Shown piece by piece: positions 19,801 through 29,235 of a DNA stretch of 64,000 nt. How positions within the stretch are numbered: position 1 is the stretch's first letter; each line of letters begins with the position of its first letter. Origin of the DNA: a virus; IMG/VR virus record IMGVR_UViG_3300042445_001604, positions 19,367 to 83,366 of that record; one strand, given 5' to 3'. A model generated the notes under the pieces. That model searched no databases. It was not told the DNA's origin and saw only the letters and a program-made list of their open reading frames with translations. The translations under genes were made by a program, and so were the position numbers.

Positions 19801-22800
19801 TCGCGCATAACCAAGTCACTCGCACGGTTGACTTCCTGAGTCGACGACGGTGATGCACCGAGGAGTCCAAGAACGCTTGCCGTCGTGTTGCGGTCAAGTT
19901 GGAGGTCCTTAGAGTGAGTGTAGTACCCAAGGTCTTCGTCAAACTCATCCGTCTTCATACGAATCTTGGTGGCACCAGACCTAAACCAAGCAACAGGCCC
20001 ACCAGTCTTGAAGAACGAGTGGTGGAACTTAGTCATCTCACGGCGGTAAGTGCGGAATGCTCCCAAAGCCGACTGGTTCATACGACCAGCACGAGAAGAC
20101 TGAACTTTGCCAGTCTTAGTGTTCGTGATGCGGACATAGGTGTAGTAGTACTCGTTGGGAGTCTTTGTGACGACTACCTCAAACTTATACTTAGTTCCCT
20201 TGTCCTTACCAGACTTAGATGTGTACTCGTGAGTCTCGGTGACAAGTTCGTCTTCAGAGCGACGCTCCGAGTTCGGGAAGAGTTCCTGCATCTTGTCCAA
20301 GACGTCAAAGACGACACCCTCCTTCTGAAGTTTGAGCATCTTCTTGAGGTCACCATAAGTGATGTGACGCCAGCGAGAAACCTCAGCAGCATCTTCTGGC
20401 GACAAGGCATCGTCTTGCGGGGTATTGAACGAGAAAGCATTCTTAGCCTCATCGATTAGGTCTCCAGAGTCATCGTACCCAAAGCCGTCGGTGATGTAGA
20501 TAAGTTCGTCTTTATCGACGTTACTGCCACGTTCCATGTAGCGAATCATTTCGCTGGAGTCTTTACCCTTGTTGAGACGCTTGTTGTTCAGAGGCTTAGA
20601 GGTGTCGTACCACTTGCCGTCCTCGTCAAGAATAAACTCCTGCATGACACCAAACTCATCCAAGAAACGAATGTGGTTGTACTCAGATGAACCCGAAATG
20701 ATAACATCACGCCAGTCACTGCGATAGCCAGTCTCGAGGTCTACAACATCTTCGCCCATCTCGTCGGCGATTTTCTTCTTCGCGTCATCGTTGCCCTTGA
20801 ACCCATCATCGACGGAGTCCATGTCAACACCCTTGTCAACAAGGCGCTTGCGGAAGTCAGCAAGAGGAATTTCGACAATGCTAGAACCAAGAGCCTCGGG
20901 CGAACCAAAGTTCTCCAGTGAAACTACGACGTTCTCTCGACCATTCTGGATGGCTTCAGTGTAGAGGTCAACAAGTTCTTCTTGGCTAGTACCCGCAACG
21001 AATGCGCTCAGTGCTTCCTCGGCGGTAGCAGGCTTGGCGTTGTCAGTTCCCTCACGGGTAACGTCAGGGTTCTGAGCGCGGTAAGCGTTGAGAGCGTCTA
21101 CGTTAGAAGTGTTGCCGTTCTTTGCGTCCAACTGACCAGCAATGAAGAGGTCAGTGTCAAAACCACGGCTCGACAGAGCAACAACCAAAACGCGAGTCGA
21201 GTAGTTTTTGCCACCAATGATGACAGACTTCTTGCCATTCTTGATTGCATCAGCGAGAGCGTCCTGCAAGTCGGTTTCGGAAACCCCGTCAAGGCTCTTC
21301 GCACGGCGAAGTTCAGTGGCTGAAGGGAGAGAGTTGAGGTTGTATGAACCCAGCATTAGTTCGGGAGCAGGAGCAATCTCCGTGACCGTCTCAGCGGGAG
21401 TCTTCTGTTGGTTGATTTGAGACTGAATCTCGTTGCGGATGCCATCAATGCTTCCGCCGTCATAGACGCCCGCGTAGTAGTACTCCTTGCCATTCTCGTC
21501 GACGAACGAGATTGACCACTTGAGACCGCCATCCTCTCCATCAAGGGCATCAAAAATTTGCACAGAGTATTGGACATTTCCGTTTTCCCAGACGTTGTCG
21601 GGGTAGTTGAGAAGTTCATCAAGACGGTCCATGTGGACATCTTCGAGAAGTTGCTCAGGAGACGTTACATTTGCTTCGGGCTCTTCGGGAGAGGCGTCAG
21701 CATCAATCTCACCCTGCAGTTGGTCACGAACCAAATCGCGGGCAGTGAGACCCTTGTCGCGGTCACCCATACCAATGAACATGCCATCAGAAGTTAGCGG
21801 GAAACTAAGGTTGTACTCTTTCAGGTTGCCTTCAGAGTCTGTGTACTCAATACCAATGTTGATGGTATCGCCCTCGTCAGCATCCTCAATGACATAAGCA
21901 GAAACTCGGACGTTCCCAAACGTGGCACTATTCTCAAAACCCTGCTCAGCAAAAAGGGCGATAGTGTCAAAAATGTCGCCTTCGAGAAGTTGGTTGGGGT
22001 CAGTAATGCCCTCTCCGCCATCTTCAGGTGCGGGGGTTGTGGGAGGTGTGGGGGGCTGATTGTCGCCACCGTCACTATCCGAGAGAGAGCGGATTTCCGC
22101 GATGGCATCGTCCATCTCATCCTTGGGGAAGTAGCGAGCCGAGTTATCTCCGTCGAGAATAGACTGGTACAACTTATCGCGGACAAGGCCAACAGGAAGG
22201 TCGCCGTTCTCGTTAACGAGTTTTGCGCGAAGCAGGTCAGCAATTTCTTGAGTCTGCTCGACAGTTCCATTGCCTTCGGGGCTAGGCTCTGCTGACGGGT
22301 TGTCAAAATGCTGTTCGTTGGTCTGCGTGTTCTTCCATGCGTGCAACTGACGAACAAAGTTTGCCTTACCCATACGGTTTCCAGGCAGAAGTTGCTGAGC
22401 ATCAATTTCAGTCCCGAGGGGAAGGTCATTCAGGATGTTGCGCGAAACGCGGTTTCCGTCTGCGTCGCGGAAGGTGACGTCTCCTTCAAGACCGAAGGGG
22501 TTCTCGCTAGTCGGAGCAGGGGTAACTACCTCTTCTACAACGGGAGTCTCGGTGGGGGGAGTTACTTCTTCTGTGGCAGGAATCTCTGCAACAGGAGCGG
22601 TAGCCTCAGCCTTGCTGGGGTCACGGATAAAGTCAGGATTCTCGAACTGGTCCTCGTGCTCGTCAATGCGGAGTTCCCACTCGTCGCTAACGAGGTCGTA
22701 GCGAGCGCGAGTGGCTTCATCCATACCTGAAGTCCTGCCACCGAAGACGCGCTCAAACTGAGCAACCTCTTTACCGAGGTCTTTGTTCGACATACCAGCA

Positions 22801-23573
22801 GGGTCAGCCTTAGGGGCCTCGGGAGTTGCGTCGGTCGGAAGTGTGGCTACAGGGGCTTTGTTAGCGAGGTCGCGTGCACGAGAGAGTTGTGCATCCGTCA
22901 TAGTCTCTCTGTCAAAATCTGTGGGGACATAGTCCTTACGCGTCATGTCAATAGCGTGGACAGCCTTCATCGCCTCGCCAAGGTCATCTACCGACTGGAC
23001 AGTGTTCTGGGGGTCGATGTTGTCGACTACGTCATATCCGCCAAATTCGTTCGGCTCAATCGTGATGTCGCCATCCTCAGAGATGAACGCACCATCAATG
23101 TCAGGGTGCTCCATAAAGTCTGGCGGAATTTCCTGAAACTCGAGGTCTTCAATGTTGGGGAAGTTGCCAAAAGAACTTGGGTTCTTAAGGTCAATGCCCT
23201 TACTGGCAAGATAATCTCCCGGCAAAACAGCCTGGACACTGGACGACTTAGTGCCCATGTCCGAAGCAAGATTAACTGGGTAACGATAGAAACCTTCGGG
23301 CACACTGCCGTCTTCGGAATTGACATGGAACCAACCCATGTTCTCGCCACGGTCAGAACCACCAACAAAGCGCGAGAACGTAGCAACAGGAATACCATTC
23401 TGGCGCATGACAAGTCGCATGAGACCAAACATGAAAGCAAACTTGCCCTCGTCATCACGACGCTGAAGACGGGCACGAGCCGAACGAGCAGCGAACGAGT
23501 TACCACCCGAATACGCGCTCGCAAGGATTGCGTTCAAGCGGGCGGTGAGGTCTGTGTTATCGCGGTTGTCCAT
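16824..23573 (-). CDS. large virion-associated protein with C-terminal HExxH zinc-metallopeptidase-like domain
   Basis: 2249 aa between portal and protease; VFLHELWHVIQE...SEVATM motif; N-terminal RRDDEGKF motif. Confidence 0.75.
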   Translation of the reverse strand: MDNRDNTDLTARLNAILASAYSGGNSFAARSARARLQRRDDEGKFAFMFGLMRLVMRQNGIPVATFSRFVGGSDRGENMGWFHVNSEDGSVPEGFYRYPVNLASDMGTKSSSVQAVLPGDYLASKGIDLKNPSSFGNFPNIEDLEFQEIPPDFMEHPDIDGAFISEDGDITIEPNEFGGYDVVDNIDPQNTVQSVDDLGEAMKAVHAIDMTRKDYVPTDFDRETMTDAQLSRARDLANKAPVATLPTDATPEAPKADPAGMSNKDLGKEVAQFERVFGGRTSGMDEATRARYDLVSDEWELRIDEHEDQFENPDFIRDPSKAEATAPVAEIPATEEVTPPTETPVVEEVVTPAPTSENPFGLEGDVTFRDADGNRVSRNILNDLPLGTEIDAQQLLPGNRMGKANFVRQLHAWKNTQTNEQHFDNPSAEPSPEGNGTVEQTQEIADLLRAKLVNENGDLPVGLVRDKLYQSILDGDNSARYFPKDEMDDAIAEIRSLSDSDGGDNQPPTPPTTPAPEDGGEGITDPNQLLEGDIFDTIALFAEQGFENSATFGNVRVSAYVIEDADEGDTINIGIEYTDSEGNLKEYNLSFPLTSDGMFIGMGDRDKGLTARDLVRDQLQGEIDADASPEEPEANVTSPEQLLEDVHMDRLDELLNYPDNVWENGNVQYSVQIFDALDGEDGGLKWSISFVDENGKEYYYAGVYDGGSIDGIRNEIQSQINQQKTPAETVTEIAPAPELMLGSYNLNSLPSATELRRAKSLDGVSETDLQDALADAIKNGKKSVIIGGKNYSTRVLVVALSSRGFDTDLFIAGQLDAKNGNTSNVDALNAYRAQNPDVTREGTDNAKPATAEEALSAFVAGTSQEELVDLYTEAIQNGRENVVVSLENFGSPEALGSSIVEIPLADFRKRLVDKGVDMDSVDDGFKGNDDAKKKIADEMGEDVVDLETGYRSDWRDVIISGSSEYNHIRFLDEFGVMQEFILDEDGKWYDTSKPLNNKRLNKGKDSSEMIRYMERGSNVDKDELIYITDGFGYDDSGDLIDEAKNAFSFNTPQDDALSPEDAAEVSRWRHITYGDLKKMLKLQKEGVVFDVLDKMQELFPNSERRSEDELVTETHEYTSKSGKDKGTKYKFEVVVTKTPNEYYYTYVRITNTKTGKVQSSRAGRMNQSALGAFRTYRREMTKFHHSFFKTGGPVAWFRSGATKIRMKTDEFDEDLGYYTHSKDLQLDRNTTASVLGLLGASPSSTQEVNRASDLVMREIFRYLGKYRHDDVWMGKAVKRLNEGAMFKDLNLGIDIDYLYAVASAYDAQISNQQALDSHGEGISFDQRTPLEVGDTVDYVPSFKVDIRRRGKVVKRLGYVDANGGYRYTDYIMVQWEDGRFQITTTRNNRLIETATGTDGSERVKYKDGYTDPRAGYGTDADGIDAQELLPQPLPPLAPAVKPERQTAQRDENSDLVLPDGTVIPEKPLGVAGETVQKRPSEVVPGDFISLFTEDLTLTVAPVIAPVQVSSDGLLVQNTVAVRQTDGTYTVENAAYTVSTPNETIPVLIYPEYPENSATPAQLNEILELLATKDASVSGNSGLMNYYLGVMDGKDMSGVYSREEVADIIQELRNSPDRTPAKPIDQAAELARVVAEEEERNGNPDAAQVLGGLADAAAIVASQTDGTEETTKSAGDNSLAGRVAQTASTMNLGSYGLKQDDRKRLPANSNPADVKIGTNRTYKGTKPTEEASALKDQMMEFGSEAWGLAQQRVVDELRQRGYQGIETYEDVSKAEAAITKEADRLKEISSFSLGNATNFGYTEEDIQLIIKKMAGDGYVDENFNVDYKKIRGLGETLTSDAPDFGDLLSPWSRDGAALIYAMANSPEIKQKVEEMLRTKKKAKEQLEAHREVLKKFFKDSKIAHDKATVDTLKELGVEFDNVSMSALGIRSSYGGSSITERGEMGKAIQEAFNRVPRAILLQLAEIMQNNKMQLVVAPTKGRGNMRKYSGHYKIAVSREHGRSQGGIQFQSAYENPYTDVFLHELWHVIQEVSPNVAQLEHAWLYDRLVSTDKDGSDVLPQLASATGSTRVGKEKGFNTVNGFVSNYLLKQYGERGLFSDAENFFSPNNKYSEVATMVMQDIFGHNGQSSVGDGMVVYASKYNGRAFAANSSALFQNESTGKWYTDKEMTDEIKNAKTYGRPVEQFDEQVKHFGMGLLLLLSDWSPTQGLGSKSENKKYMAEDLFFDMATGKWYTDSSMTTEIPSADVIG

Positions 23574-23632
23574 GTTTTCTTTCTCCGTGAGTGGTAAGTC
23601 TAAATCTCTGGATAGTATATCAGTTAGAGTTG

Positions 23633-24157
23633 TTATACGATGCGGGCAAGTACGTCAGGAGCGCTGGCTCGGAGACGCACTACGGCGAACTTGTATTCGG
23701 CAGAAGCAGGGTCGTTAGCAAGAACCGACGCAACCAAAGCCTTGGTTTGGGGATTGGCATTGAGGGTTCCAGCCTCCCAAGCAGCACGTTCTTCGACATA
23801 TGCCGACGCCGTCAGGGCCTCGTCAGTGTTCGGAAGAAGGGGGTGCCCGAGGGGGAGCAGGTCAATGTGGGGAGTAGTCGCATTGTTCTGGGTAGCCACG
23901 GACAAGAAGTTCTCAACTGCTCGGATAATGCCGAAAGTAGCCGACTTTTTGTCCTGCCCAACGCGAGCGTTGTTCTCGCGGATAACAACCTCGCGGACGG
24001 CATACGGCAAAACGTGACGGGCAGGAGCAACCTGCGAGTTGGCGCTGGCAGTAAGGGCGAGTGCGTACTCAGTGAGAGACGGGGTACGACCCAAAGAAAT
24101 GCGCTTAAGTTGTACGGGCCCGTTGTCAATAAGAGCGTTCAGGTCATCTTCATACAT
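23633..24157 (-). CDS. hypothetical head-module protein (174 aa)
   Basis: ORF in operon; contains DLLPLGHPL, similar to DLLPASHPK in the 2216-aa protein. Confidence 0.7.
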   Translation of the reverse strand: MYEDDLNALIDNGPVQLKRISLGRTPSLTEYALALTASANSQVAPARHVLPYAVREVVIRENNARVGQDKKSATFGIIRAVENFLSVATQNNATTPHIDLLPLGHPLLPNTDEALTASAYVEERAAWEAGTLNANPQTKALVASVLANDPASAEYKFAVVRLRASAPDVLARIV

Positions 24158-24159
24158 AG

Positions 24160-24657
24160 TTAGTTACCCTTCTTGGGGAGCAGGTCGGCATCATGTGCGC
24201 TGTACAGGTCGACAGCGAGTGAGCGGGTGCGCTCAAATGGGTTGTCGTTCTCGCGGACGGCGCGGAGCCATGTCGCACGGAACGCGGGAATGACCTCAAA
24301 GCCAAGACCAGCGTAAGCAGTGATAGCAAAGATAGCATGCTCAGGGGTCACATAAAAAGACTCATCTTTGACGGTGATGTTCGTCCCAGCAGACACAGCA
24401 CCAGCAGTAAGAGTCTGCAAGTCCATGTCCTCGTTACTGCGGGACTTGAGGTGGTCGAGAACACGAGTCATCGCCGTCTCGTGAATCGAGAGCGAGTCAG
24501 AGCCCTTGCTCGACGCAGCGCCTCGGTAGTAGACGGTCTTGAGTTCCGACAGCGAGCAGTCGCGGGCATAGTCGCCAGCCTTACTACGACGGGCAAGAGA
24601 GACGAGTTCTTCCTCGGTGGTCGAAGAAAAATGAAGTCGGCGTGATGGTATTGACAT
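24160..24657 (-). CDS. hypothetical head-module protein (165 aa)
   Basis: TAATG overlap with portal; LKTVYYRGA...AMTRV motif. Confidence 0.7.
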   Translation of the reverse strand: MSIPSRRLHFSSTTEEELVSLARRSKAGDYARDCSLSELKTVYYRGAASSKGSDSLSIHETAMTRVLDHLKSRSNEDMDLQTLTAGAVSAGTNITVKDESFYVTPEHAIFAITAYAGLGFEVIPAFRATWLRAVRENDNPFERTRSLAVDLYSAHDADLLPKKGN

Positions 24658-26339
24658 TACTGTGGCTCCGCTAATGGAATAGGTGGTGCGTCGGTCGGGG
24701 GTGCTGCAGACGGGGTAATAGGTTCGGGGGTGGGCTCAGGCGCAGGAGTTGCCTCTTCGGCAGGAGCAGGAGTTGCCTCCCCGCCAGCGAGGGCATCTGC
24801 AATCTCGGGCGTAATCGGTGCAGGCGAGTTAGCCTGCTGTGAGGCGCGGGCTGCTTGGAACAACTCAGGGGCAATCGTGTTGAGCAGAGCCTCAGAAAGT
24901 TCAGGCGTAATGGCTCCACGCTGGAACAAAAGGCGCAAGGCGATTTCCGTAGGCTCAGGAGCATCAGCATCCGAGAAGCCGTGAGTACGACGCCACGTGT
25001 CCAAGGAGATTGCCATTTTCTCGAACCCAGAGTCAGCATCAGCAGCGCGGTCATTGCGAGTTGAGATGGCGCTGGGGTCAAACCAGACGACAATGCGCTG
25101 AACATCTGCTTCCTCGTAGCCGATGGACTTCAGATACGGACGAAGATAAACGACAGTCAGAGCATCGGAGATGAGGAGGAGAAGGGGTTCGATGTGCGCC
25201 TTGTAGAGACTCTCATCAATCTGTACGGCGTTCGAGTAGCGGACGTTGGCAAGGCCAGTGACAATGTCTTTGGGGACATCGAGTCCCTGAAGGATGCGCT
25301 CGAGAACACGGTCAGCACGCTGAGCAAGAGCAGGGTCGAAAGAACGCTCAAATTTAAATTGCTTGATTTTATCGCCAAGTTCAGCAGGTCCTCGAATAAT
25401 CAGTGGTACAACGGCGGAAGCGGATGATTCGTCGCTGATGGGGGTCGTCATCGCGTCGATGAGTTGGTCTTCGAACTCATCCTCGGCAGACTCAGGAGTG
25501 TTGACGATATCGTCAGCGGGGTCGAACGGGTAGTCGGGGTCGGCTGCTGCGGAAGTAGACAGTCCGTCAGGAAGATAGAGAGCACCAGCGTTGAGACGCG
25601 AGCGAGCCGTAGCGCGGAAGGTACGGTTCAGAAGGAGGAGTTCATCGCAGAGGTCGAGCAGACCCTTAAGGCTGGACTCGGCGTCCTCCGAGTAACGGGG
25701 GTGGCTACGCCAGATGCGACCAACGAACGCAGTGTTCGGAAGTTTGATAACGCCCTTCTTGCTGGCGTTTGACGAAGCAGCCTGTGCGAGGTCTGCACGA
25801 GGAACGATGGTGACGTTACCCCGCTGGTCGACGGTAAGTTCGTCAGTCGAACGGATATCCCAACTTTCAGGAAGACCAGTTCCAATAAGTTCGGGACGCT
25901 GAACGAGGTAGCACTCACCCGTGACGTTGAGGTTGAGGGCAGCGTCGCGGAGAAGTCCCGCCTGTCCGCCGTATGCGGAGTTGAGACGCTCAAGTGCACG
26001 CTCGGCAGCGCTGGAAAGTTGTGGCTCAACGGTGCTGGAGTTCCTGATGGGGACAGGAGCCTCGGCGGGGTCGTCGATTACAGCAGTGTAAAGACGAACA
26101 CGAGAGACAACAGAAGCGACGAGGTTGAATGCATATTTGATTTCGCCGATGGCGTCGTAATACTCCCACGCCTCGCCCTGCCACTTGTTAGCATAGGCAG
26201 AACGGCGGTCCCGAAACTGCTCCATTTCCCTCTTGTCATCGATGCGAAGAGTAGATGCAGCAGCGGTAAGCGGTCGCGGAATAGAGTACAAAGGGGTGAT
26301 TGTAGGGATGAACCCCTCACCCTTACGGAATACAGCCAT
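24657..26339 (-). CDS. portal protein
   Basis: 560 aa; WQGEAWEYYDAIGE, LNLNVTGECYL, ARSRLNAGALYLP, SAVVPLII motifs of actinophage portals. Confidence 0.85.
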   Translation of the reverse strand: MAVFRKGEGFIPTITPLYSIPRPLTAAASTLRIDDKREMEQFRDRRSAYANKWQGEAWEYYDAIGEIKYAFNLVASVVSRVRLYTAVIDDPAEAPVPIRNSSTVEPQLSSAAERALERLNSAYGGQAGLLRDAALNLNVTGECYLVQRPELIGTGLPESWDIRSTDELTVDQRGNVTIVPRADLAQAASSNASKKGVIKLPNTAFVGRIWRSHPRYSEDAESSLKGLLDLCDELLLLNRTFRATARSRLNAGALYLPDGLSTSAAADPDYPFDPADDIVNTPESAEDEFEDQLIDAMTTPISDESSASAVVPLIIRGPAELGDKIKQFKFERSFDPALAQRADRVLERILQGLDVPKDIVTGLANVRYSNAVQIDESLYKAHIEPLLLLISDALTVVYLRPYLKSIGYEEADVQRIVVWFDPSAISTRNDRAADADSGFEKMAISLDTWRRTHGFSDADAPEPTEIALRLLFQRGAITPELSEALLNTIAPELFQAARASQQANSPAPITPEIADALAGGEATPAPAEEATPAPEPTPEPITPSAAPPTDAPPIPLAEPQ

Positions 26340-26354
26340 TGAACCGCTTTCGTC

Positions 26355-26645
26355 TTAGTTGTCGAGTTTTGCGCTGATGTAGCCAGTGACGGCAGATAGT
26401 GCAAGCACGCACGCGACAGGTAAAGTTACCGTTGGTACTATTGTATAGCATATAAATATGAATGTTCCCGCGTACATGCTCAAACAGTAGTAGCAGGTGA
26501 ACAGATAGCCGAACTGGGTGCTCGGTGAGACCTTCGAGAAGAACCAGTTTCGGGGTGCGTCGAGTAGACGGTCTTCGATGAGAAGTCGACAAATTCGGTA
26601 AGTCGCCAGCGCAAGAATGACGAACTCAAACAGTGAGGGAATCAT
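26355..26645 (-). CDS. DUF1360-like membrane protein
   Basis: LALATYRICRLLIED...YLFTCYYCLSMY; start taken at ATG 26645. Confidence 0.75.
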   Translation of the reverse strand: MIPSLFEFVILALATYRICRLLIEDRLLDAPRNWFFSKVSPSTQFGYLFTCYYCLSMYAGTFIFICYTIVPTVTLPVACVLALSAVTGYISAKLDN

Positions 26646-26979
26646 ACGGCCTCCAAGTTCGAAGTCGTGAACCACAACCACACGAGTTGTCCTTGCGGAA
26701 AGAAAAACGCTTCCCTTGAACCGTCGTGACAGTGTAGTCGTCACCCTTGGTTGCAGAGCCGTGGAATGTGGTGGGGCTGATTTCCTCTTTGAAGACGAGA
26801 GACGGCCCGTGCGGAGAGTCTTGAGCAATAAGAATGTGCGTATCAGTGACGACGATGCGAACAGAATTCATACGGCGGACGGACGGATGATTCGGGGTCG
26901 AGTTCGAGGTGATGGGCTCTCGATAGTCCGAACCAGCAAGAACAAACAAGGCGGGAAAAACGTCGCACTTTACTTTCAT
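26626..26979 (-). CDS. hypothetical protein with C-terminal CGCGS motif
   Basis: ATGA overlap with the upstream gene. Confidence 0.65.
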   Translation of the reverse strand: MKVKCDVFPALFVLAGSDYREPITSNSTPNHPSVRRMNSVRIVVTDTHILIAQDSPHGPSLVFKEEISPTTFHGSATKGDDYTVTTVQGKRFSFRKDNSCGCGSRLRTWRPYDSLTV

Positions 26980-27491
26980 TTGGCTACCTTACCAAGACGC
27001 TTCGCCATTGCGCGATAAGTGACGCCAGTCGCGTCGGCGAGTTCCTGAACCGTCACACCGTCGGCGTGGAGTTCTTTAGTCAGGTCAGTCAGCCAGAGGT
27101 TAGCAAGACGCGCTGGATGGTTGGGAGACATCTTTGAACGGAAAGTCTTAGCGTGCGGGCCGAGTGTCTGTAGTTTGTCGCGGTCCTCCTCAGAGATACC
27201 TGGCGAAACGGGACGCTTGGGGATGTACGTCTCGGGAGTCACGAGGGTCGGCGACGGAGGAGTATGTTCAAGGACGTCGGGACGGCTGTAAAGATGAGCC
27301 CGCTCGACCCACGTACGGACGGTCGAACGGGGACGAGGATGCGGGAGGGCTTCCCCGATGGAGCGGAGGGGCCAACCTGCCTGATAGAGGACGAGGCAAC
27401 GTACATCTATATCGCGTTGGTCCTTGAGGGTACGCAGGAACTCCACCTCTGGGAGGGGGATAGATTGTCCTCTGGCTGGCCTGCGAGTCAT
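26976..27491 (-). CDS. double helix-turn-helix DNA-binding protein
   Basis: AGWPLRSIGEAL...RSTVRTWV and GVTVQELADATGVTYRAMAKRL; leaderless TATACT-N6-ATG. Confidence 0.75.
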   Translation of the reverse strand: MTRRPARGQSIPLPEVEFLRTLKDQRDIDVRCLVLYQAGWPLRSIGEALPHPRPRSTVRTWVERAHLYSRPDVLEHTPPSPTLVTPETYIPKRPVSPGISEEDRDKLQTLGPHAKTFRSKMSPNHPARLANLWLTDLTKELHADGVTVQELADATGVTYRAMAKRLGKVAK

Positions 27492-27689
27492 TGTTTTAGT
27501 ATACACCGGGACTAGTTATGTACTGTGGAGAAGTTGTAGTACCTTAAGGAATTTTGGATTTGACCCCGGAGTAGGCACCGGGGGGTCCGGGCCTGCAGCC
27601 CAATTGGTTTCCTAAAAAAGTGGCCGCCTATGCCAACACCAACGCAATTCCAAAACGCAATTCGCAACGCGAAAAAAATAATTATTCAC

Positions 27690-28290
27690 GCGAATTACTG
27701 ACAGCCAGCCAGCGATTACACTCACGCGACTAGCCAGCCAGCCCACTAGGCAGACAGCCCACTAGCCAACGCCTAGTGACAGCCAGCCCACCAGCCAGCG
27801 AGACAGAGTAGCCCACGACAGCCAGCCCATTACAGCCCATTACAGCCCACTAGACAGCCAGCCAGCCCACGACAGCCCACTAGCCCACGACAGCCCGTCA
27901 CAGCCCCGCCTAGCCCCGTTTACGACCGCCAGCCACGACAGCCCACGACAGCCCCAGAATAGGCACACCGCACGATTACGATAGCCAGCCACGACAGCCC
28001 GCCTACGCCTACGACCGACAGCCCCAGCCACCCGCCAGCCACCCGCTACCGTCACGCGACAGCCAGCCCACGACAGCCAGCCCCAACGCTCTCGCAACGC
28101 TCACGCGATAATGACAACGACAGCCCGACCACCACGACAGACAGACCACGCGACCGACCGACACAGATACAGACAGACCACCCACGACCACCAGACAGAC
28201 CGCGCAAAAACTTACCCGCACCCGCGCCGATACCCGCGCCCGACAGCCAGCCCGCGCCCGCACGGCAAGGCGCGACACGCCCGAGATAAA
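27690..28290. repeat. non-coding low-complexity repeat tract (CAGCC / GACAGCCCAC units), candidate terminus or origin region
   Basis: Dozens of imperfect CAGCC(A/C) units, strongly C/A-rich on the + strand, no credible ORF. Confidence 0.8.
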
Positions 28291-28376
28291 AAATAGTTTG
28301 TAATGTCAGCGGTATGGTGTATGTTAGGTACTACCGAGTTAGTCAACCGACATACTCACCAAACAAAGGAAACAAA

Positions 28377-28673
28377 ATGACGAACACCACCGTCCTCAAC
28401 GCCGAAGCCCAGCGGGCAGTATCGGCACTCGAAACCGCCCGCAAGATGGTTGCCGAAGCCAAGCGTATCGAAGACGCGGCAAAGGCAGTCCTCAACGAAG
28501 CACTCACCGAAGCCAACGCAACGCACGGCACGGACAGCAACGGCACGGTTCTCGTGGAGCGCGTGACCAGCACGAACACCTCGTTCGACCGCAAGACCCT
28601 CGAAGCGCTTTACAAGGAAGCATTCGACGCCACCATTCGCGTTACGACCTACACCAAACTCGTCACCAAGTAA
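28377..28673 (+). CDS. small coiled-coil protein, paralog of 39583..39870 and 42101..42394
   Basis: AAAGGA RBS, upstream promoter, downstream hairpin 28681-28702. Confidence 0.85.
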   Translation: MTNTTVLNAEAQRAVSALETARKMVAEAKRIEDAAKAVLNEALTEANATHGTDSNGTVLVERVTSTNTSFDRKTLEALYKEAFDATIRVTTYTKLVTK

Positions 28674-28990
28674 CGCCACCGCCCGCCCCGCAAGGGGCGG
28701 GCAACCCCAAGCCCACACCGCCACGACCTAGCCCCGAAGCCCCCCGCCAGCCCACCAGCCAGCGGGGGGTTTCGCGTTGCCCGCCCCAGCCACCGACACC
28801 AGCCCGCCACGACACCGCGCACACCGACCGCGTACGCCCGCGCACCGCGCACCGCGCCCCGCCACGCGCCCGCCACGCGCCCACGCCCGCCGACCCCGAA
28901 ACGCGCCCGACCGACCGCGCACACACCCGCGCCCCAAAGTATATGTTTTTTGAGCGACCGCGCCCACCACCCGCGCAACCACCGCGCTAC

Positions 28991-29019
28991 TTGCGAATGT
29001 CCGCGCTATGGTGTAGACT
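28991..29019 (+). promoter_or_regulatory. sigma-A-type early promoter
   Basis: TTGCGA-N17-TAGACT. Confidence 0.7.
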
Positions 29020-29061
29020 GATTACATCAGCAAGACACCACGAACAAAGGACACAAACAAA

Positions 29062-29235
29062 ATGAGCACCACCCCCACCTACACCGTCTGGTCAAGCGGA
29101 ACTCTCGCGCAGACCAACGCGGAAACCGAAGTTTACTTTTTCCGTTTCGATTGGGTGAATGTCTGGGCGACCAACGCAGACACCGCTAGGGCAATTGTTC
29201 TCCAACTTATGGAAGACGAATTCGCAAAGCGCTAA
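29062..29235 (+). CDS. hypothetical protein (57 aa), paralog of 38616..38792
   Basis: MSTTPTYTVWS...FFRFDWVNVWAT; AAAGGA RBS; terminator follows. Confidence 0.8.
   Translation: MSTTPTYTVWSSGTLAQTNAETEVYFFRFDWVNVWATNADTARAIVLQLMEDEFAKR

Noticed and set aside
304-26342. Numerous plus-strand ORFs (e.g. 9893..10885, 14348..15535, 22887..23597)
   Set aside because: Antisense shadows of long minus-strand virion genes.
27690-28300. ORFs 27840..28097, 28009..28278 and 28111..28296
   Set aside because: Low-complexity translations of the repeat tract, with no RBS.
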